In this document: positions 26,067-32,000 of the stretch, one piece after another
Position numbering within the stretch: the first letter of the stretch is position 1
How the letters are laid out: the number at the start of each line of letters is the position of its first letter
Assembly: GCF_037902255.1 (NCBI RefSeq)
Contig: NZ_CP147990.1
Coordinates: 3,480,001-3,512,000, forward strand
DNA length: 32,000 bases
Direction: 5' to 3'
DNA from: Candidatus Electrothrix sp. GW3-4
GTDB taxonomy: Bacteria > Desulfobacterota > Desulfobulbia > Desulfobulbales > Desulfobulbaceae
The notes under the pieces: model-generated
Told to the model about the DNA's origin: nothing
Databases searched by the model: none
What the model saw: only the letters and a program-made list of their open reading frames with translations
Made by a program: the position numbers and the translations under genes

Positions 26067-27495
26067 ACAACGGAGGCAGCAGGGGCTCCCGCATAATCTT
26101 GTCGCCAACCTCAAGCCCTTCAAGGATCTCCACGGTATTGGCCTCAGTCACCCCGATTTTCACCGGAACCTTCTTCGACTTGCCGCTTTCTTCAACAACC
26201 TTCCTTACCCATCCCTGTTTTTTCTCATCAACCGTAACAAAGGCAAAGGGGATAATAATGGTGTCCGGTTTCTCTGAAAGAAGTACTTCCATGTCTGCTG
26301 ACATCCCCAGGAGCAGGCGTTTTTTCTGTTCTTCGCTTGGCGAGTCCACGGAAATACGCGCGGAAAAAGATGAGGCCTTTCCCTTCTCCTGTTTATCCGC
26401 CTGAAAGGAAATATACTGGACCGTCCCCTTCAGGATTAGATCATCCTGAAAGGCATCTCCTGTTATAGTGACCTCCTGCCCCAGCTGGAGCTTCAGGATA
26501 TCATTTTCATCCACTTGCGCTCGGATATTGAACCCGCTCAAATCGGCAATGGTGAACAGTACCTGGTCCTGCTCCACAAAGCTCCCAGGCTGAATCTCAA
26601 CCGATTCTTCATTCTTGCGGCTGACAGGCAAGAGAATAACCCCATCCATAGGGCTGATCAGATGCGCCTTTGCCATACGTTCCTCAAGAACCTTCATTGC
26701 CAGAAAGGCATTTTCTTTTTTGAGCTCTACCAGATGCACCTTTTCTTCACTGCCCTTCTCCAGGGTATAAGCGAGTTTTTTCTTTGTGAATGCAATATCA
26801 CTCTGCAGCTCCTGATAACGCTCCTCAAGCTCATCCACCTCTGAGCTTGATACAATCCCCTTCTGGAGCAAACGTCGCGTTTGTTCTAATTTGGTTCGAG
26901 TAGTTTTCAGTTCGTCTTGTTTTCTCGCCAACTCATGCCGTACTGTAACAACCTCTAGACCTTCTTCCCAATTCCTCAAGGATTTCAAAGTATCTTCCGC
27001 CTCCAGATACTCCGCCTGCGCTTTCCGATACTTAGTCTCTTCATTACTGGTATCAAGAGTCAGCAGCAAGGTATCTTTTGTGACAAAATCTCCGTACTGG
27101 AACCTTTTCTCCAACACCTTCCCTTCCAAAGGGGCAACTACTTCAATTTGCCCGAGAGGCTCAATCTTCCCCGTAAGCGAAAGGGTATTGCGCAAGGTCT
27201 GTCGCTTAACCGTCACAACCGCATCTTTGGGATTATCTCCTTTCTGGGCCTTCTCTGAACCGCCAGGAAGCAAAGAGGATAACTCTCCGCGCCAGAAATA
27301 ACCACCGATCCCGACTCCCACGATAATCAGGAACAGAAAGAACAGCCTATAGCGCCGCCTGACCCGCTTGAGCTGCTGCTGCAAGACAACATGCTCATCT
27401 TCTAGCTGATAATAATTCGCCTGCAACTGATGATATTTCTCCTCAAGATCAGCTTCATCAGCTTCCTTTCCCAAAGACTTCTGTGCGTCACTCAC
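26065..27495 (-). CDS. HlyD/MacA/DevB-family periplasmic adaptor (membrane fusion protein)
   Basis: N-terminal cytoplasmic coiled segment, one TM helix (LFFLFLIIVGVGIGGYF), a long coiled-coil hairpin, and beta-barrel/lipoyl-like regions. The GTG start overlaps the TolC stop (GTGA). Confidence 0.9.
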   Translation of the reverse strand: MSDAQKSLGKEADEADLEEKYHQLQANYYQLEDEHVVLQQQLKRVRRRYRLFFLFLIIVGVGIGGYFWRGELSSLLPGGSEKAQKGDNPKDAVVTVKRQTLRNTLSLTGKIEPLGQIEVVAPLEGKVLEKRFQYGDFVTKDTLLLTLDTSNEETKYRKAQAEYLEAEDTLKSLRNWEEGLEVVTVRHELARKQDELKTTRTKLEQTRRLLQKGIVSSSEVDELEERYQELQSDIAFTKKKLAYTLEKGSEEKVHLVELKKENAFLAMKVLEERMAKAHLISPMDGVILLPVSRKNEESVEIQPGSFVEQDQVLFTIADLSGFNIRAQVDENDILKLQLGQEVTITGDAFQDDLILKGTVQYISFQADKQEKGKASSFSARISVDSPSEEQKKRLLLGMSADMEVLLSEKPDTIIIPFAFVTVDEKKQGWVRKVVEESGKSKKVPVKIGVTEANTVEILEGLEVGDKIMREPLLPPL

Positions 27496-28991
27496 GGCAA
27501 TTCCACCTTAGGTGCATTTGCAGGATCAATCCCCCAATGCTCCAATGTTGTGCCCAAATACCTATCCAACGCGGTCAAGGTATTAAGATAGTCAATTTTC
27601 GCCTTATTCTCACTGTGTTCCGATGCAATCAAGCTGTTCTGATAGGAAACGACCTGAAAGTTATCCGACTTATCGTTTTTAAACTTTTCCAACTCCACAT
27701 CAAGCTGTTTTTGCGCTAAGTCCCGAGCCTTTTGAGAGAGTTCAACCTGCTTCCATTTCATGCCAATATCCCGATACATATCCTGGACGGAGATCCCTAC
27801 ATTCTCTCTCAGCTCTTTTAAGTCTATCTCTGCTTTTCGACAGCCCACTTTAGCAGAGAGAAGGTCACGTTTTGTCGATTCATCGCCAAAGGGAATCTCC
27901 AGTTTCATGGCAACGAGATAATCACCAGCACCGTCACTCTCCCCTTCTGAAGCATCTCCAGTATATGCACTGGAATCAGTCATGTTATACTGAGCCTCCA
28001 GGTCTAATTGCCAACGTTGTTCATTCTCTGCTAATAACAGATTGGTTTGAGCCACCTTCAAGATGACCAGGGCCTTCTGGTATTCCAGATTATTTTTCAA
28101 AGCAATATCCAACAGGGTTTCCTCTTTCATCTGAACCGGTTCAACTTCGATTGACTCCGTAGGCTCTATAGAAATATGTCGATCAATATCAAGCAGCTTG
28201 AGCAAATTCAATTTTTTCGTTTCAACATCATTCTGGCTTACCATAAAGCTAAGCTCCTGACTCGCTACATTTGCTTCCGTCTCAATGAGTTCTACCTTGG
28301 CCTTGCGCCCCTCCTCGATTAAGATCCTGTTTCTCTCCAACAGATCTTTGGATCGTTCAAGAGATAAACGGTTAATCTCCAGTCCCCGCTGAGCCAGAAG
28401 AAAGCTCCGATAGGCAGAGACGACCTGGGTAATCGTGTCTATTAACGTTTCTTGTAAGCGCAGCAGATTGGTTCGTTCCTCATATTCCGCCAGGACCTGG
28501 GAGGCCCTGTTCACCTGGATACCCCCTCCCTTCAGAAGGGGTTGGGAGAAAGAGAGAATGACATCATTGCCAAGGCCATCAAACCATTGATCATCCTGTG
28601 ATGTATGGACTGGCTGGGTCCAGGTTAGGCTAAACTCTCCGCCGGTCGGCACCTTCAAACGGGCCTCACCACCAACTTCTGTCCGGTGTAAAGCCTCCCC
28701 GGTTGTCCTTTCCTGCGCAGCTGAAGAAAAAAGAGCAAAGTCCGGCAAAAACTCATCTTGGGCGATTTTCAAATCAAACCGCTCCAGGAGACGATCAAGA
28801 TAGGCGCTTTCCACAGTACGATTATGACGTAAGGCTAAGGTGACCGCCTCTGCCAAGGTCATGGGTTGTCGTGTTTGCTGGGAAGACTCCGCAGCTGCCC
28901 TTCCACAAAGAAGAGTAAAGGACAGTACAAGAAAGACGAAGGGCACCAGAACTCGCTTATTTTCCTGACATAATTTCGAGATATAAGACAT
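27492..28991 (-). CDS. TolC-family outer-membrane efflux protein
   Basis: The start is moved to the ATG at 28991 (MSYISKLCQENKRVLVPFVFLVLSFTLLCGRAAAESS, a signal peptide). Two OEP-type repeats with long helical segments. Confidence 0.9.
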   Translation of the reverse strand: MSYISKLCQENKRVLVPFVFLVLSFTLLCGRAAAESSQQTRQPMTLAEAVTLALRHNRTVESAYLDRLLERFDLKIAQDEFLPDFALFSSAAQERTTGEALHRTEVGGEARLKVPTGGEFSLTWTQPVHTSQDDQWFDGLGNDVILSFSQPLLKGGGIQVNRASQVLAEYEERTNLLRLQETLIDTITQVVSAYRSFLLAQRGLEINRLSLERSKDLLERNRILIEEGRKAKVELIETEANVASQELSFMVSQNDVETKKLNLLKLLDIDRHISIEPTESIEVEPVQMKEETLLDIALKNNLEYQKALVILKVAQTNLLLAENEQRWQLDLEAQYNMTDSSAYTGDASEGESDGAGDYLVAMKLEIPFGDESTKRDLLSAKVGCRKAEIDLKELRENVGISVQDMYRDIGMKWKQVELSQKARDLAQKQLDVELEKFKNDKSDNFQVVSYQNSLIASEHSENKAKIDYLNTLTALDRYLGTTLEHWGIDPANAPKVELP

Positions 28992-29165
28992 AACGAAGCC
29001 CCCTGCCCAAAAGTTACAGGGCATCAGGATATTTTTTGATATACACCGTTGGCGTATTGACCTGCGGACTTCGCGACAAAACGATCTGAAGGCAGCGAGC
29101 ATCCACAGGCGAGGAAGGACGATAAAAGAACAGGTAGAAAAACGCTACCTAATGTTGCTTGAGAA

Positions 29166-30506
29166 CTACCAGCGTGTCTCCTCAATATTCAGGTGACGGT
29201 TACAGCATCTGGTGTAATAGCGGGCAACCTGGTCTTGTTTGCATTTGACGGTACACTCATCAAACAGGTATTTTGCCTCAGCGAATCGTCCTGAGTGATA
29301 CAGGTTCACCGCCTTTACAAAGATATGGAGGGATGCCAACTTGGCCTCTTTGACCTCTGGAGGATCGTTATCAAAAACTTCATATACGGTGACTGTTTTT
29401 GACTTTCCCTTTGCCTTGAATTGATCGATACGGCGCAGCGCAAAATCACCAGGCTTTTCCAGGGAGTTATAGGTCTCCTCACCGATCAGCAACGAAGTCC
29501 GGTAAATCTTATTCACCCCTTCGATACGCGCGGCAACGTTCACGGAATCACTGACAACGGTCCCCTCCATACGCATGGGACTCCCCACAGTGCCCAGCAT
29601 CAGGGTACCGGTGTTAACGCCGATGCTAATGTCTATTGGCTTGTAGCCAGCCTTCCCTCTCCCAATATTATACGAGACCAGCTGCCGCAACATACCGACT
29701 GCGGCTCTGACCGCATCATCGGTCTTGCCATCGAACAAGGCCATAACGGCATCGCCGATATACTTATCAATAAACCCGTTATTCCGGGTAATGATCGGCT
29801 CCATGATGCTCAGGTAGGAGTTCATGAACCTGAAATTCTCTGTGGGGGTTATACTTTCTGAGAGTCGGGTAAAATCGACAATATCGGAAAACAGGACGGT
29901 CATGGAGCGTTCCACATGGTCGCCCAGCTCGATATCGGTAATGCTGGGTTTTTCCAGATATTCAAGAAAACGCTGGGGAACAAAACGACGATAGGCGGTA
30001 TTGAGCTCTTCAAGGTAGCGGGCGTTCTCCTCTTCCCGATATTTTTCCTGCGTAATATCAAGAAAGGACACGATATAGTCAGTCACCTCTCCCAGGCTAT
30101 CTTTCACTGTGCTGACATGCAGTCTGCTCACATAGATGGCGCCGCTTTTACTGACGTCCTTCAATTCTCCTCGCCAATGCTCCTGCTCTTGCAGACTATC
30201 AAGGACCTGCTGGGCAAAGGCCTCATCTTCCAGCCAGGAAAGCTTCCTGCCCACCACCTCATCGGGCTGGTAACCGGTTATCCGGGTAAAGGCACGATTC
30301 ACCCGCAGGACGCGGAAGGCAGCGTCCGTGATAATGGTTCCCTCAACGCTACTGGCAAAGACCTCAGCTGTAAGCCGCAGCTCTTGCCGAATCTTGTCCA
30401 GCTCATCCTGTAAGCGAAGCACCTTACGGTCAAGACGATGGACCTGCTCACGATAATCATCGCATTCAGGGCTGAGTTTTTTGATTTTCTTCCTGATATC
30501 AGACAA
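29166..30506 (-). CDS. PAS-domain class III adenylate/guanylate cyclase
   Basis: N-terminal coiled coil and a PAS domain (GTIITDAAFRVLRVNRAFTRITGYQPDEVVGRKL). Cyclase core MTVLFSDIVDFTRL ... KYIGDAVMALF ... GTVVSDSVNVAARIE. TTG start with GGAG 9 nt upstream. Confidence 0.92.
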   Translation of the reverse strand: MSDIRKKIKKLSPECDDYREQVHRLDRKVLRLQDELDKIRQELRLTAEVFASSVEGTIITDAAFRVLRVNRAFTRITGYQPDEVVGRKLSWLEDEAFAQQVLDSLQEQEHWRGELKDVSKSGAIYVSRLHVSTVKDSLGEVTDYIVSFLDITQEKYREEENARYLEELNTAYRRFVPQRFLEYLEKPSITDIELGDHVERSMTVLFSDIVDFTRLSESITPTENFRFMNSYLSIMEPIITRNNGFIDKYIGDAVMALFDGKTDDAVRAAVGMLRQLVSYNIGRGKAGYKPIDISIGVNTGTLMLGTVGSPMRMEGTVVSDSVNVAARIEGVNKIYRTSLLIGEETYNSLEKPGDFALRRIDQFKAKGKSKTVTVYEVFDNDPPEVKEAKLASLHIFVKAVNLYHSGRFAEAKYLFDECTVKCKQDQVARYYTRCCNRHLNIEETRW

Positions 30507-30706
30507 AATGAGCAGCTCCGTCCCAACGGGCGGTGGTCAATATGATAGGCAACAGTCAGCGCGGGCTATCAGCCCCCCGGCACCTCGCAATACATTTTCT
30601 TCCATAACAGCAGCAACCAAGGGACTAATTATCTTATTCTAGCATATCATTTCATGACTTCGCCAGTTTAAAGCGCGTTGGGGTTCGTCCCTGTTTTTTA
30701 GCAATG

Positions 30707-30972
30707 AAAGGCCCAGCACAGAGGTCTTCCGCAGAATTGCCCTGCTGGGCTTATCGTGGCTGAGGGATGGTTGAAAACCCCGGCAATTCGTGCTGAAATC
30801 GAATTAGATGAATGGGTGGTGATGCCCAATCATTTTCACGGGATTGCGGTGAGTAGGGATATGGGAGCGACAAATCGGCATGGTGCGAAAAAGCAAAATA
30901 CGGGGTTCACCGTCGGGCCGATGACCGACCGGGCGAACGATGTTCCTGGCGATTTAACGGGCGACCGCCGTA
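30707..30972 (+). pseudogene. Fragment of a REP-associated tyrosine transposase (RAYT / IS200-like Y1 family)
   Basis: ...PAGLIVAEGWLKTPAIRAEIELDEWVVMPNHFHGI carries the HUH motif (HFH) and its usual preceding context. The N-terminal ~50 aa and the C-terminal catalytic-Tyr region are absent. The rest of the track ORF (30756-31040) has no RAYT-like sequence. The exact frame around the C-run near 30777-30781 should be rechecked. Confidence 0.55.
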
Positions 30973-31152
30973 CTCAAACAACATCTGGTTCAGGGGTACA
31001 CCTTGCATCAAAAACGGCTGGCGGAAAAGGGTGCTGCTGAGATCAGGCAGGTGCTGGACTTATTGAGCAACACCTTGGAAAACCACGATCTGGTCAGCGA
31101 TGACGGCAGGATACCTGAGCTGACAGAAGTACGGGAGGCGGGCGCTCCCTGA
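30973..31152 (+). pseudogene. Internal fragment of a RhuM-like (virulence RhuM family) gene
   Basis: Hand translation LKQHLVQGYTLHQKRLAEKGAAEIRQVLDLLSNTLENHDLVSDDGRIPELTEVREAGAP*. It resembles, from memory, the L..L..GY.LN.KRL...G..E......L..TL..H.LVTDEG segment of RhuM-family proteins. There is no start codon and no N-terminal domain. Confidence 0.4.
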
Positions 31153-31252
31153 TGATCAAGCCTTGGTCGCCTCCAGCGCACCGGAGCAAAAAGACCTGCT
31201 TATCCGCTTGGCGGTTAATCTGATAAGCGTCTGAAACCGCCCTGCGGACAGC

Positions 31253-32000
31253 CTACTGCGTTCGCAAAGCCTCCAACACCGCCCGGGTCGGTTCCCCGTC
31301 AGAAGCCATCCCCGCCGTGCGCTGAAAGGCCTTAATCCCCTTACGGGTTCCTGCTCCGAGATCACCATCAATGGCCCCATCATAGAAGCCCTTTGCCTGC
31401 AATAACTCCTGCAACTGGAATTTTTCCTCGGCAAAAAGGGCATTAGCTGGCCTGGGCCAAAGCTGCACCATCCCGTCCTTGCCAGCCAACCGGTCAGCAA
31501 GCAGGCTCACGGCCAAGGCATAAAAATCCGAATTATTATAGCGCTTGATGATAAAGAAATTGCGTTGGCAAAGAAAACCAGGACCTTGATCACCAGCCAG
31601 CATCTTTAACTCCGCCCGGATCCCGGGTTCAGGGAAACGCCTGCCGTCAGGACGGCTAAATCCGAGCTGCTGCCACTGGCCCAGGGTCTTGGTCTGGCCC
31701 TGATAACGGGCCCCGTCCTTGGGCACCCGCACTTCATAGCCCCAGGCCTTGCCGGTTTGCCAGCCGTTTTTATGGAGGAGATTTGCTGCGGTGGCCAGGG
31801 CATCGGGCACCGAGTTCCAGATATCCCGCCGCCCGTCCTTATCCATGTCCACTCCATAGGCCTGATAACTGGTAGGGATGAACTGGGTATGGCCCATAGC
31901 CCCGGCCCAGGAGCCATAGAGCTGAGATAACCCTACATCACCATCCCGGACGATCTGGAGGGCCGCTATCAGCTGTTGCTCGGCAAAGCCACGACGATTT
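31253..32000 (-). CDS. Lytic murein transglycosylase (MltB-like) with C-terminal peptidoglycan-binding domain, 5'-truncated by the window edge
   Basis: The frame is open to the window end (...LYGSWAGAMGHTQFIPTSY, an MltB-type motif). C-terminal PG_binding_1-like repeat GFYDGAIDGDLGAGTRKGIKAFQ. Confidence 0.9.
   Translation of the reverse strand, partial: NRRGFAEQQLIAALQIVRDGDVGLSQLYGSWAGAMGHTQFIPTSYQAYGVDMDKDGRRDIWNSVPDALATAANLLHKNGWQTGKAWGYEVRVPKDGARYQGQTKTLGQWQQLGFSRPDGRRFPEPGIRAELKMLAGDQGPGFLCQRNFFIIKRYNNSDFYALAVSLLADRLAGKDGMVQLWPRPANALFAEEKFQLQELLQAKGFYDGAIDGDLGAGTRKGIKAFQRTAGMASDGEPTRAVLEALRTQ

Noticed and set aside
30678-30700. GGGGTTCGTCCC followed by TGTTTTTT, considered as a tRNA T-arm remnant (integration scar) or a terminator
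   Set aside because: The loop is 4 nt rather than the 7-nt T-loop, and there is no acceptor-stem context. The stem is only 4 bp, and no plus-strand gene ends upstream.
30755-30781. Apparent 1-nt discrepancy between my hand count (GTG at 30755, five Cs at 30777-30781, implying a frameshift) and the track ORF (continuous from 30756)
   Set aside because: I cannot resolve a homopolymer count reliably by eye, and the track was computed from the sequence. Either way the locus is a decayed fragment, so the call is unaffected.

Overview
This is a chromosomal window from a diderm (Gram-negative) bacterium. The taxon cannot be assigned by eye. From left to right it contains seven blocks.
1. The tail of a + strand polysaccharide gene set: an AsnB-family amidotransferase, a CE4 polysaccharide deacetylase and a GT4 glycosyltransferase.
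2. A pile-up of mobile DNA in what was an ~80-bp convergent spacer. A ~1.9-kb DDE IS element sits exactly on the glycosyltransferase stop codon. Two apparently base-identical 2,045-bp group II introns (minus strand, RT/maturase without an endonuclease domain) bracket a secreted clan GH-A-like glycoside hydrolase gene.
3. A secreted CAP/SCP-domain protein, single-chain purL, a cNMP-binding + DUF4388/PATAN protein, a 56-codon gene missed by the ORF track, and a class I aminotransferase.
4. A ~3.7-kb accessory-looking block (about 20.5-24.2 kb). It holds a repeat-dense non-coding module: a 15-bp perfect inverted repeat pair, four tandem 21-bp units and an 11-bp perfect hairpin. It also holds a two-gene operon I cannot place in any family (561 aa with a Gly/Ala-rich hydrophobic C-terminal hairpin, plus a 103-aa helical protein) and a divergent minimal-nucleotidyltransferase gene overlapping a 62-aa gene. 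This block is my best candidate for an undescribed system.
5. A TolC / membrane-fusion protein / ABC ATPase / FtsX-type permease operon, preceded by a PAS + class III nucleotide cyclase.
6. Decayed fragments of a REP-associated tyrosine transposase and a RhuM-like gene.
7. A lytic transglycosylase that runs off the right edge.
I saw no rRNA, tRNA or CRISPR array. All family calls come from motifs read by eye. No database search, alignment program or RNA folding was available.
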